Source of the DNA: Mustelus asterias
Lineage: Eukaryota
Assembly: GCF_964213995.1 (NCBI RefSeq)
Contig: NW_027590122.1
Location: forward strand, 1,178,001 to 1,242,000
Length of the DNA stretch: 64,000 bases
Reading direction: 5' to 3'
In this document: positions 12,765 through 24,863 of the stretch, piece by piece
Numbering within the stretch: position 1 is the stretch's first letter
Layout: each line of letters begins with the position of its first letter
Position numbers and translations under genes: made by a program
The notes under the pieces: model-generated
Databases searched by the model: none
Told to the model about the DNA's origin: nothing
What the model saw: the letters and a program-made list of their open reading frames with translations, nothing else

Positions 12765-14051
12765 CATTTGAGAAACAGGAGATAGTTCAGTGAAGCAACT
12801 CAGGAAAGCTTTAATAACTTGATTGAATTTTTTGAGGAGGTAAATAAGTGCGTTGATGAAGGTAGGGCAGTTGATGTCATATACATGGATTCTAGTAAGG
12901 CGTTTGATAAGGTCCCCCATGGTCGGCTTACGATGAAAGTAAAGAGGTGTGGGATCGAGGGAAAGTTGGCCGATTGGATAGGTAACTGGCTATCTGATCG
13001 AAGACAGAGGGTGGTGGTGGATGGAAAATTTTCGGACTGGAGGCAGGTTGCTAGCGGAGTGCCACAGGAATCAGTGCTTGGTCCTCTGCTCTTTGTGATT
13101 TTTATTAATGTCTTAGAGGAGAGGGCTGAAGGGTGGATCAGTAAATTTCCTGACGACACCAAGATTGGTGGAGTAGTGGATGAGGTGGAGGGCTGTTGTA
13201 GGCTGCAAAGAGACATAGATAGGATGCAAAGCTGGGCTGAAAAATAGCAAATGCAGTTTAACCCTGATAAATGTGAGGTGATTCATTTTGGTAGGACTAA
13301 TTTAAATGTGGAATACAGGGTCAAAGGCAGGGTTCTGAAGACTGTGGAGGAACAGAGAGATCTTGGGGTCCATATCCACAGATCTCTAAAGGTTGCCACT
13401 CAAGTGGATAGATCTGTGAAAAAGGCCTATAGTGCGTTAGCTTTTATTAACAGGGGGTTGTAGTTTAAGAGCCGTGGGGTTATGCTGCAACTGTACAGGA
13501 CCTTGGTGAGACCACATTTGGAATATTGTGTGCAGTTCTGGTCACCTCACAGTAAGACGGATATGGAAGCGCTGGAAAGAGTGCAGAGGAGTTTTACCAG
13601 GATGCTGCCTGGTTTGGAGGGTAGGTCTTATGAGGAAAGGTTGAGGGAGCTAGGGCTGTTCTCTCTGGAGCGGAGGAGGCTGAGGGGAGACTTACTAGAG
13701 GTTTATAAAATGATGAAGGGGATAGATAGATTGAACGTTCAAAGACTATTTCCTCGGGTGGATGGAGCTATTACAAGGGGGCATAACTATAGGGTTCGTG
13801 GTGGGAGATATAGGAAGGATATCAGAGGTAGGTTCTTTACGCAGAGAGTGGTTGGGGTGTGAATGGACTGCCCGCAGTGATAGTGGAGTCAGACACTTTA
13901 GGAACATTTAAGTGGTTATTGGATAGGCACATGGAGCACACCCGGATGATAGGGAGTGGGATAGCTTGATCTTGGTTTCAGATAAAGCTCGGCACAACAT
14001 CGTGGGCCGAAGGGCCTGTTCTGTGCTGTACTTTCCATGTTCTATGTTCTA
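12765..14051 (+). mobile_element. CR1/HER1-type LINE 3' part
   Basis: VDVIYMDSSKAFDKVPH, SGVPQESVLGP, LVRPHLEYCVQFWSP, RRRLRGDL, ending in a (ttctatg)n tail. Confidence 0.92.
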
Positions 14052-15275
14052 ACTTGCAGACACCTACTAAAGGCGAGGTTGGGTTTAACTGGCACACTTT
14101 TGCTTTCCACTTCGGCCTTGGGTACATGTAGGCACTCGATTACTTTCTGCTCTCGTTGTAACCCTGCCTCCCTCTGGACGAGAGTCACTTGCTGTGCAAC
14201 TTGCTCAATGAAAGCTTCTGCTGCTGCATTCATTCCAAGCAACAACCCACAGCGTGATCAATGAAGTTATTGCGTTTTAATTGGCCTAAGTGAGGCTAAT
14301 TATTAGTTGGCTGAAGGGGTGCATGATCAGCCTGTGATTGGACACGGTGGGCATAGTAAATTCCGACTTGTTGTCTCGATGGTGTTGACATCTGCTGACG
14401 CTATTTCCTATTAATAGAGTCATCATAGAGTCATAGAGCCATTGTACCCTGACCGGCCGTCTAAGGTGTCAATTACTCATGGAACTATCCTTGTCATTAA
14501 GAAATGTTTTGATAGCTATATCGCCATTTGTTCAGGATGAAATATATGTATAAATACATGTATATTGGATAAAAATTAGAAATGCATAATCTACAATTCC
14601 TTTCCAGAATGCTCACATCCCAAGGATGAAGGAAGCAGTCAATGTTGAAGTCCAGCTAGATTATTTTATCGGATTCGCTGCGTCAGAATTTAGAGACGAC
14701 GTTAGGATTATGTAAAGTAGAGTTACTGGTATGGAGTCATAGATGTTGGACATCAAACATTGGAAATGACTAGATGTGCTAAGATTATTTTCATTTGAGC
14801 AAAAGACGATTGAGAGGAAATTCAGCACAACTGATGAAAATCATGAGGGGTTTAGATTGAGCAGATGGGGAACATATGCTTCGATCGGGAAAAAAAAGGT
14901 TTAATTAGGATGTCACTGTCATAATCTGATTGAAAAAAGAGTGAGATTGGAGATGGCTTTTTTTAATGTACTAATTCATGTGACTTGAAATGATCTGTTA
15001 GGAAAGGTAGTCGAAGCAGATTGAACAGTACCAATCGAAAATCGATTGACATATTCTAAAGGGACAAATTTGTTCCAATTTTGGGTGGGAAATGCAGAAA
15101 ATGTAGCGAAATCGATAGATGTTTCAAAAAGCAATATAGGTAACATAGCTAATGAGACGCTTTCTAAGATGAGTGCTAGTGTGATTCAGTTCAAAGGAAG
15201 TGCGTTCTTCCTGAAAGTTTGCAACCTCCTTCTAACCACAATGAAACTTATCGGGTGCCAAAACAGGCCGCAGTC

Positions 15276-15314
15276 AGTTTTTGTATGAGAGAATCATTGG
15301 GTTCTATCACTGTG
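15276..15314 (-). promoter_or_regulatory. V(D)J recombination signal sequence, 23-bp spacer
   Basis: On the - strand: CACAGTG (15314-15308), 23 nt, ACAAAAACT (15284-15276). Confidence 0.95.
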
Positions 15315-15631
15315 TCGAACTGATCTTGCGAATCCACAAATGTACAGTGCAGTGTCACTCAGCTGAAGAACAGTGATGGTTAAAGTTGATAATTTTGTCG
15401 ATTTGTTTAGTTCAGAGGTGAACCGGTTCCCGATATTTTTGGCTTTTCCCCAATTGCCACTGGCACTTCCCCACACAATCATCTCCGGGGGGTCGCCTGG
15501 ATACTTTCGGTACCAGTACAGGTCATACCAGGTTGCTGTTGTCGAATAGCTACATTCAGTTCTGAAAGTCTGTCCCATTTTCAGAACGACTGATGACCAA
15601 TCTTGGGACACAGAATCATCGTGGCTGGTAG
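15315..15631 (-). CDS. TCR alpha/delta-type (probably delta-like) V segment, V exon, open frame
   Basis: Acceptor caactag, then (A)TSHDDSVSQDWSSVVLKMGQTFRTECSYSTTATWYDLYWYRKYPGDPPEMIVWGSASGNWGKAKNIGNRFTSELNKSTKLSTLTITVLQLSDTALYICGFARSVR. It has the first Cys, WYR, D-x-A-x-Y-x-C and no stops, and abuts the RSS. Confidence 0.92.
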
Positions 15632-15734
15632 CTAGTTGATAGATTGAAAGAATAGCTTTATGTTTAATGGTGAATTATTAAGAACCAATGCTTTTGTTCA
15701 AAGGTTTGCACCAGAACAGCCCGTGAACACTTAC

Positions 15735-15783
15735 CGAATGCTAAGTAGGTGAGGGTAAGTAAAAAGAAGAATTTGAAATGCAT
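15735..15783 (-). CDS. leader exon of the open TCR V segment
   Basis: MHFKFFFLLTLTYLAF(G) with a phase-1 donor GTAAGT, in frame with the V exon at 15631. Confidence 0.88.
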
Positions 15784-16744
15784 GATATCAACCAATCCCA
15801 GCCACATTCGGTCTCTCGAATTTGATTTGATTACCAAGATTCTCTGCTTTGCGGGGAAGCTGATGGAGTGTCTTGTATCTTACACTGAGAAGGTCGCAGT
15901 AATATTTGCCAATGAGCAATCGAATGTGCCGGTTTAAACAAATCAGCAGCATCCAATAACCGCCTCTGAAACGAATTAGCATACGAAAGAGAAAGAGGGA
16001 ATCCAAAGTTGATTGGATGATAATATATGACGTTAATTAATTCCCGGGATGTTGTTCTCGCTGACTTCAATCCGATAGACACATGGCTCTTATAAAATAT
16101 TTGATATAATGCCCCAGCAGGATATTCAGTTTTATAGGGGTAAATTCCGATAAGCGATAAGTCGAATCTTGCCAGCACACGCATATCCAAAACCCAAAAA
16201 TATTCCTCACGAATTCAACCCACACTCACCTCATACATATTGTTATATTGAATCTCCCTGCATGCACCATTATTCAATTATACAGCATTCCCTGCTTTAT
16301 AACCTTTCAATGTTAATTATGTATTGTGAACTTTTGCTGATTTGGAATCTTTCCTTTATTTCAGGTCTTCAGGCGAATACTTTGTGCTTTAAAATTCCTC
16401 TCTTCCATTACCGGAAATTAAATAATTTCACTCCCATCCATGATTTCACGAAGGGAACCGCAAGGCATCTAATTCAACGTGTGAAATGGTGGAGACGTTC
16501 TCATGGGGGAACAAATATTCTATGCATTGATCCAGGAAGGGTTTACCCCGCTTTCTAGTTGACTCTCCCCTCGAACTAAACGCAAGTTCTGTAGAAGGGT
16601 CATTTAGACCCGAAACGTGAATTCTGTTTCTCTCCACAGATGCTCCCAGACATGATGAGTGTACCCAGCATTTTCAGTTTTTATTATAACTCTACTCTCT
16701 ATCTTGTTTATCTTCCCACATTGTGGCAGTGCTTTTGGCACAGA

Positions 16745-17750
16745 GAAACATAGTAAATAGGAGCAGTCGAAAGCCATTCGGCCTTTCGAGTCTGCTCCGC
16801 AATTCTATATGACATAGCTGATCTTCCAAGTCAAATCGGCTTCCCCCCATATCCTTTGATCCTGTCAGCCCCAAGTGTTGTATCTAACTCCTTCATTACA
16901 AAATATTTTGGCCTAAAGTGCCTTCTGTGGCAGTGAAATCCACCGGCTTACCACTCTATGGGTGAAAACAATTCTCTTCATCTCAGTCCTAAACAGTATA
17001 ACTGTTACACTTAGACCCTGGTTCTGCATCCACCTACCATGGGGAACATCCATTCTGCATCCATCCACCGAAGGGTGAGGAGTCATGGAGACGTATCGTG
17101 CAGAAAAAGGCCATTCGTCCCGATGAGTCTGCACCGAAAGTAACTACCCCTAAATTCGCGTTAATCCCATTTTCCAGCACTTGTCCCATATCCTTGCATT
17201 TTAAGGTGTTTCGAGTGTTCATCCAAATATCTATTCAATGTTGTGAAATTCCCGCCTCTACTATTTTCCCAAGCAGTGCATTCCAGATTCCCACCTCCTC
17301 CGAGTGAAAACAATGCTTTCAGATATCCCCTCTGAATCTGTTGCCGATAGAGTTGAGTCATTTTCGAATTTCCTAGGTTTCTATGAGATTCTCTCTCATT
17401 TTTTCTCAACTCCAGTGAATACAATCCTAACCGACTCAATCTCTCCTCATACGTCCGTCCTGTCATGCCAGGAATCAGCCTGGTAAACGTTTGCTGCACT
17501 CCCTCTATAACAAGAACATACGTCAAAGATATGGAGACCAAAACTATACACAATACTCCAGGCGTGGCCGCACCAAGTCCTGTATGATTGCAGCAAGACA
17601 TCCTTGCTCCTGTACTAGAATCTTCTCGCTCTGAAAGTCAAGATAACATTTGCTTTTTTTAACGCCAGATATACCTAATGCTTACATTCAGTGACCGGTA
17701 TATGAGGACACCCAGGTTTTGTTGCGCATTCCCCGCTCTCATTTTATAGG
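16745..17750 (-). mobile_element. nested CR1-type LINE 3' fragments
   Basis: GVQQTFTRLIPGM..YEERLSRLGLYSLE and several 3' tails (gaaacatagtaaataggagcag, gagtcatggag). Confidence 0.75.
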
Positions 17751-17949
17751 AGGCTCCTCCGTTACCTGTCACCGCAGAAATGCAATATGCTCCCAAAGGG
17801 CTGCACTGTGGCCATGAATTAAAAGTAACACCCAACATATGTTCACGTGGATGATAGCCAATTTCTGTATGCTGTATGCGCTAAGAAGCTGATGGTTTTT
17901 GGACAGCGTTTTACGTCTCCTCCCGCCCCCGCTCCTCCGCTCCCCACAG

Positions 17950-18280
17950 GAGATGTTTGGTAAGATTTAACTTGGTCCACGTTGACAAATATCTGCCTCT
18001 TGATGCTGAACTCGATGTACCCGTCGGGAAAAGAGCTACGGCGTTATTTCGGTTCATGAAATATGGATGGAAAAATCACAGGCCAATACTTAGGACAAAT
18101 ATTCTGATTTATGAAGAATTGCTTCTAATCTCCGTGTTGTGGCTGTAAAACATGGACTACTTAAAACAATCAAGAACAAAACAATGCTGATCTTCATTTT
18201 TTGTGACATACCAGCGGCATCTCCTGGAAGGAATGGATGCACAGTGCAAGAATATACATTCAAAAGCAAGTCTCCCACGT
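17950..18280 (+). mobile_element. old RTE-clade LINE fragment
   Basis: LPLDAELDVPVGKRATALFR..W.NH..LRTNILIYEELL resembles the RTE post-RT region. Confidence 0.5.
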
Positions 18281-18289
18281 TCTCTGGTA

Positions 18290-18787
18290 CTCATAGAAAC
18301 AAGCAGCAGAATTAGGTAATTCGGCCCTTCGATGCTGCTCTGCCATTCCACATGATCACTGTTATTCCCCTATCTTAATACCATACGTCCACACATTTCC
18401 CATACCCGTTAGCGGATTGAGTGTCCACAAATTGATCAATTTCCTTCCCAACTATATTCAGTAACTTGTCCTCCACAGCGTTCTATAGTAGATAATTCCA
18501 TTGGTTTACCACTGTCTGAGTGAAGAATTTTTTTCTCAACTGACCCAGCCTGTATGTTGAGACTGCGACTACCTTCCTCGTTCAAGACACCCATCTCCCC
18601 CACGCAGCCAGTGCAAACATTATCCCAGCCTCCGGTTTGTCCAGCACTGTTAGAATTGTATGCTTTACAGTGCAGTCCCCTCTCATTCTTCTAAATTCCA
18701 GAGCAGACAGGCCTATTCGATGCAATCTTTCCTCATACAACATTTCTGCCATTCCAGGAATCAGTCTGGTGAACATTTGCTGCACTT
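18290..18787 (-). mobile_element. CR1-type LINE 3' fragment
   Basis: QQMFTRLIPGM..YEERLHRIGLSALEFRRMRGD, with a tail at about 18295. Confidence 0.75.
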
Positions 18788-19243
18788 TTTATACGTATAT
18801 AAAGAGCATGAGGATAGCCAGAGAGAGGGTAGGCCCACTCAACAACAGGGGAGGGAATCTACGCATGGAGTCAGAGAAAATGGGCGATGTACTAAATGAG
18901 TACTTTGCGTCAGTATTCACCAAAGAGAAGGACTTGGTGGATGATGAATCTGGGAAAGGGTGTGTAAATATTTGAGTCATGTTGAGATCAAAAAGGAGGA
19001 GATCTTGGGTTGTTGAGAAACATTAAGGAAGGCAAGTCCCCTGGGCCTGATGGGATATATCCCAGAATGCTGAGCGAGGCAAGTGAAGAAATTGCTGGGT
19101 ACTTGAGAGAAATCCTTGTATCATCAATGGCTACAGGGGAGGTCCCAGAGGATTGGAGAACAGCCAATGTTGTTCCCTTGTTTACGAAGGATAGCAAGAA
19201 TAACCAGATAATTACAGGCCGGTAAGCCATATGTCAGTGGTAG
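18788..19243 (+). mobile_element. CR1-type LINE internal fragment, cut by the ERV LTR
   Basis: FYTYIKS..VLNEYFASVFTKE, KSPGPDGIYPRML, PEDWRTANVVPLF. Confidence 0.85.
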
Positions 19244-19855
19244 TGTGGAATTGTATGAACTAAGCAGTAGCATGCTGGGACAATTGGTCAACTCTCTGGT
19301 AGAATGTAAGAACGCTGACCAAACTATTTCAAAAAGCCAGACCCCTGTAAGATCTGATAATGCTGACTCCACATAACTTAAGACATGAATAAGACCAGAG
19401 AAAGTCAGGCTCCCTGGCCTCAAGAAGCCCTGATGAGATTGACTAGGCCAGTGTGACCAAGACCAGATAAGGTCAGAGATGAAGGAGTCACCGTCCTTTT
19501 TCTGTTACGTCAAAGGACAAGATAAGGTTAAGAATAATCAGACAAAGAGTTCTGGGAGATCAGTAAGTTAAAAACTGATTAATGATATTGCTTACGATTC
19601 TATTACTAATCGAATTCCTGAACATGTTCTGGTAACGAAAACTGATGATGATTATGTGCAAATACTGAACTGTTTCTCTGTGTAATTGTGGACGTGTGGA
19701 AGAATCAGGAGTTGTACCAACTGCTCTCTGACCCCAAGTTTCAGCCATATACTGCATGCAGTTATTCGTAAATAAATGCTTGTTATATTGACGAAACGAA
19801 TTTTGTAGAGTCTATCTTTCACAGTCAGGAAGCAGGAAAAGTTTCCACTTCAACA
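19244..19855 (+). repeat. ERV 5' LTR (612 bp)
   Basis: Starts TGTGGAA and ends TCAACA. AATAAA at 19771. Followed by a TGG-initiated PBS. Confidence 0.8.
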
Positions 19856-19857
19856 TT

Positions 19858-19875
19858 TGGCACTGCGAGCGAAAA
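19858..19875 (+). promoter_or_regulatory. primer-binding site, closest to tRNA-Ser (CGA/TGA type)
   Basis: TGGCACTGCGAGCGAAAA lies 2 nt after the LTR end. 11 of the first 13 nt match TGGCGCTGTGAGC, the complement of the vertebrate tRNA-Ser-CGA 3' end as recalled from memory. Confidence 0.55.
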
Positions 19876-20308
19876 CCAATACCCTGAGTGAATTCCGTGG
19901 GGGACTGAAGAAGTGATCGAGCCACGACCCGGAGGGAAGAGACGGACGCCAGCACAAGGTAAGAATCACCTTGGTCTCTCTCTCTTTCTCTCTCGGATCG
20001 GTGCTACGACCCCTCGTTCCTGACGGAGGACGCGAACAGATGATGGTATTCAAATCTAAAATTAGACTGTGAGTAGATGGTTTAGGGTCAGGAACCCGAT
20101 TGTGTTTCGGGTTAGAGACCCGATTGTGTCTCGCCTAAGGTCAGAGACCCCTTGATCTCATGTTGCATCCGGATCAGGGTTACACAGGCTTAGTTTGGGT
20201 CAGGGACCCTGTGATTTGAATATTTTGGGTCCGGGACCCTGTGATTTGATTTGGTACCAGGAATTCTTTTTTTTCACGTTTTTGCCAGGGGCACAGTATA
20301 CTGACGTT

Positions 20309-22111
20309 ATGGGACAGACTTTAGACAAAACGGGGGGCAATTCTCCGTTGCTTTTTATGTGTTCTGAGTACCCTACTCAGGAACGTAATTTATGTCGGTT
20401 ATCTGCCGCACTAAATAGTAAATTAGGTACCGATATTTGGCCACTAGGCGGCACATGGAACTTGGCAAATTGTGTTGCTGCAGAAAAAGCTATTTGGGAA
20501 AGAAATGCAGATTGCAAATGGAAAACTTTAATTTCAAAATGGAAAAAAAGAGTCGACTAGGCGCCATCAACAATCAATATTAATGAGTTGGAGGGATAAC
20601 GCCCGCAAAACAGGGATTGCTGAATGCGTGGACGTGATGCCTAAGGATTGGGAAACTTTAAAATTAGAATGTGGACTTTGGGATAGGAAGCATCAGGGGA
20701 CAAAACGACAGGGTGGGGGTACGAAATCATCGGGTGATAGGCAGGTTGGCCTCGCCCATCAGATTAAACAACAGGAGGATCCTCCCGGTTGCTCTGGCAT
20801 GCCGCTCTTTCCCTATTCAGGCGATACTGAGGAAGAGGAGGAGTTGGCCCCTAGACCCTCCCTTTATCCGCCAGTCCCCACTGCTCCGTTGCCACAGTCC
20901 CAATCCGAGCCCCCCCCCCCCCCCCCCCCGGCACCTTATCCCACCACTGCCACTGATCCCCTTGCTGCCGCTGATCCCATATCATCACGCACCCACTCAC
21001 AAACGCAAGCCCTGTCTGTGGAACAGTCCTTCACCTCTCTCAATCGGGCTCTTCATGATCTATCCTTTCAACCTAAGTTGAAGGAGGCTTTTCCGCCACT
21101 ACCGCCCCCTGCAAATTACCCTTTTAGAAGTCTCATCAGCCCCCGAGCTGGTGCTGCCGACAACCAATTCGTTGAGGTGTGGCAGGCCTTTAAACCCCAG
21201 GAACTCTGCTTGATCATGGCCCACTGTCCGTCCTGTAAAGACAACCCAGAGGGGTTTACTGAATATTTGAGACGCACTGCGACCATGTACGGTGCCACTG
21301 CACGGGATCAGTATGCATTGATTTATTCCTCACTGCCCCCGGAGTGAGGGGAGAAATGGAAAAAGGAATTAGGAACTCACGGGGCCACGTGGGAGGCATT
21401 TAACAACGCACACGTTTAACAACGGAGGAGGTTCAGCGCTTTAACGTTCCCGGCGCTGAAACGGGCTCTCCGGAAGCCCGTAGACATCTGCAAACTCCTT
21501 GACTGTAGACCTGCTCCTAAGGAAGATGGTAGAGAATTTTCTGACCGCTTCTGTGGCGTCTACACTCTTTACTCTGGGGATCGTGCTTTTCATGACGAAA
21601 AACAGTCTCCCCGATTTAATGCGATACTGATGCAGGTTTGCCTGACCGCATAGCATCTAGCATTATAACTAATAACATGGACTGGTCTGACAGTTCGAAA
21701 TCTCAAATGAGACGTGCTGTTTCTTACTATTGGAGCAATGGCCGCGACCGTGGGGTCTCTCATAAAGACACTACGCCTAGAATTAAGTCCGAATTTAACC
21801 AACGACCCTCTCGAAGGAAACCTCCTAAATATTCGGCAGGTCAGGGATCTCAGACGTATCCACATCACTGTCGCCCAGATTGCACTGACCCTACGGGATC
21901 TGGTTACCGCTCGCATGCTGATAGCCACCACACACCGCGCACGGAGGATTTTGACTGCGCTCCTCCACCTCATCCGGTAGCCAGAAATAATGACACTTGC
22001 TTTAACTGCCAGCAAACGGGACAGTGCGCTCGGGACTATCCGGCTCCCCGCCGACACGGTCGATCTCATCCCCGTCGACAGACGCCCTTCACCACCTCTC
22101 GCCACTACTGA
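20309..22111 (+). pseudogene. gag: ERV gag (stops and frameshifts)
   Basis: MGQTLDKTGG start, PTAP late motif (LYPPVPTAP), Pro-rich linker, capsid-like KDNPEGFTEYL, decayed knuckle CFNCQQTGQCARDY, and TGA at 22109-22111. Confidence 0.8.
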
Positions 22112-24863
22112 CTAGCCCGGTCCAAATTTCCGGTCTTCTCGGGGGACCACTCTGCCGAGCCCACGGCTACGATTTACGTCGAAGGTGTACCTATCCCCTT
22201 CCTGATTGACACTGGCGCCACTAATTCTACGTTAAACTTGACATTAATTCAGATGCATAAATTTGCCCTTTCTGATAAACGTGTGGAACTTACTGCGTTC
22301 ATGGGTGCGGGTGCTGTTTATCCACTAACAGAGCCACTCTCTGTTCAATTTAAGGGCCGAAGGTGTTGCATCCCTTTCACGGTTAACCGGGCCCTCGATG
22401 TCAACCTGGCCGGACTGATTTATTATGTCCCTTGCAGGAGGAGATTGTTTGCCTTGATGACGGCATAACACTATCCGTCATCCCGCATGCCCCGCTTCGG
22501 AATTTCCCACTTTTTACTACTCCACAGTGGTGGTCGGTTGATTTTGAGCCCTCCCACTTTTTCCTCCCTTAGATAGAGCTAATCCACATGTAATTCTTTG
22601 CTATGATCAGACGGGATGCTCGACTGAGTTAGAGACTATTTACCGGGACGCCCTTCGAACCCAACTAACCATTACCTTCGTTGGCCTGGCCAAGGGGAAA
22701 GAGGGTTCTGCCTTTCTTGTTGAAGTTCCCCAGGTACCCTGGCATCAGTCGGGACTCGTGCACCTCACTTGACTCTTACTGTCAATGAGGGCTACAGTGC
22801 CAAATCCTTGGGACTTTTGGTAGCGGCCCTGCGGGAGAAGGCTGATCCTTTCTTTACAGGACGACAAGCCTTCCCTGAGGCACTTTGGAAAATTTTCCCC
22901 AACCACTTTATCTAACTTGTACATTGAACAATCATCGAGCCATCCAATCTCCGATATCGGGGGTTCCCTTGGATTTGTGGGCGGCCTCTAAACACGAACA
23001 AAGAACAATACAGCACAGGAACAGGCCCTTCGGCCCTCCAAGCCCGCGCCGCTCCCTGGTCCAAACTAGACTACCCTTTTGTATCCCTCAATTCCCACTC
23101 CGTTCATGTGGCTATCTTGATAAGTCTTAAACGTTCCCAGTGTGTCCGCCTCCACCACCTTGCCCGGCAGCGCATTCCAGGCCCCCACCACCCTCTGTGT
23201 AAAAAACGTCCTGCTGACATCCGTGTTAAACCTCCCCCCAATTACCTTGAACCTATGACCCCTCGTGAACATCACCACCGACCTGGGAAAAAGCTTTCCA
23301 CCGTTCACCCTATCTATGCCTTTCATAGTTTTATACACCTCTATTAGGTCCCCCTCATCCTCCGTCTTTCCAGTGCGAACAGCCCCAGTTTACCCAATCT
23401 CTCCTCATAACTAAGCCCCTCCATACCAGGCAACATCCTAGTAAACCTCCTCTGCACTCTCTCTAAAACCTCCACGTCCTTCTGGTAGTGTGGCGATCAG
23501 AACTGGGCACAGTATTCCAAATGCGGCCGAACCAACGTTCTATACAACCGCAACATCAGACCCCAACCTTTATAGTCCATGCCATGTCCTGTAAAGGCAA
23601 GCATGCCATATGCCTTCCTCATTACCCTCTCCACCTGTGCCGTCACCTTCAAGGATCTGTGGACTTGCACACCCAGGTCCCTCTGCGTATCTACACCCTT
23701 TATGGTTCTGCCATTTATCGTATAGCTCCCCCCTACGTTAGTTCTACCAAAATGCATCACTTCGCATTTATCTGTATTGAACTCCATCTGCCATTTCTTT
23801 GCCCACATTTCCAGCCTATCTATATCCTTCTGTAGCCGCTGACAATGTTCCTCACTATCTGCAAGTCCAGCCATTTTCGTGTCGTCCGCAAAAATACTGA
23901 TCACCCCTGTTACACGTTCTTCCAGATCGTTTATATAAATCACGAACAGTTGGTCTTACCGAAGTACCTCCCATCATTATTAAAGTTAAGTCTGGTATGT
24001 CCGTGCCCTTCATTTCACAGTGTCCTTTAAGCCCCGAAGCTGAAGAAGGAGTCTCGATCATGATCCAATCTTTCCTTCAACAAGGAATTTTGGTGCCATG
24101 CCAATTGCCCTGTAACACCCCAATTCTTCCAGTTCCAAATGTAGGAAGACCTTCCGAATGGCGTTTGGTCCACGACCTCCGCCGTATCAATCAGATCGTG
24201 GAACCACTACATCCTATTGTCCCAAACCCGGCTACTATCCTTAGTGATATCCCACCTGAACCGACTGTTTTTGCAACATGCCTTTTTTGCAATACCCCTC
24301 GCCCCTGAATCACAGTATTTATTTGCCTTTACATTTAAGGGCAAACAGTACACCTGGACTCGGCTCCCTCAGAACTTTTTTCATTCCCCAACCCTATTCT
24401 CGCAGGCACTGCACTCCGAGTTAGCGACATTAGCACCCCCTAGAGATTCACTATCACACAATATGTTGATATTGCCAGCCCTGATTTCGTCGCCAACCAG
24501 CACAGCACCGTTTACCTGCTCACCCGTCTCCATTCATGGGGTTATGTGATCCCGCCCACTAAGATTCATAAAGGCCAACAGCAAGTCAAATTTCCGGGGG
24601 TTCTTCGAAGTGCGACGGAACATTCCCTTACACAGGAACATATTATTCCCATATTGCAGACCCCACTTCCTACCACGCCTCAGCAGATGAGAGCCTTTTT
24701 CGGACTAGTTAACTTTTGCAGACAATGGATTCCGAATGTTACTGCCCATACTCAAGAACTTACTCCTTACTCCTCTCAGAATGCTCCTATTAAGTTTGAA
24801 CCACCCGATTCGGCAAAGCAATCTTTTGCAACTCTCAAGGACGCCCTGATTACCGCCCCTGCG
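22112..24863 (+). pseudogene. pol: ERV pro-pol (protease, 2H-phosphoesterase-like domain, RT), interrupted by a CR1 insertion and truncated
   Basis: FLIDTGATNS with Asp at 22208, PHVIL at 22587, PHLTL at 22766, and RT from WAASKHE|VGL to ALITAPA. Confidence 0.85.
22996..23948 (-). mobile_element. CR1-type LINE inserted into ERV pol
   Basis: IYINDL..FADDTK..LVRPHLEYCAQF and a (ttctttg) tail. cacgaaca occurs at both junctions. Confidence 0.92.

Larger units (their letters stand above)
19244..24863 (+). mobile_element. 3'-truncated epsilon-like (class I) endogenous retrovirus: 5' LTR, PBS, gag, pro, 2H domain, RT
   Basis: TG..CA LTR, PBS, myristoylation-type gag start, single decayed CCHC, FLIDTGAT protease, and RT motifs CNTPILPV, WRLVHDLRRIN, FAFTFKGKQYTWTRLPQ. 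No RNase H, integrase, env or 3' LTR in the window. Confidence 0.9.

Noticed and set aside
14042-14245. 67-aa helical-looking ORF
   Set aside because: Short, with no diagnostic motif. It may be a transposon remnant but cannot be supported.
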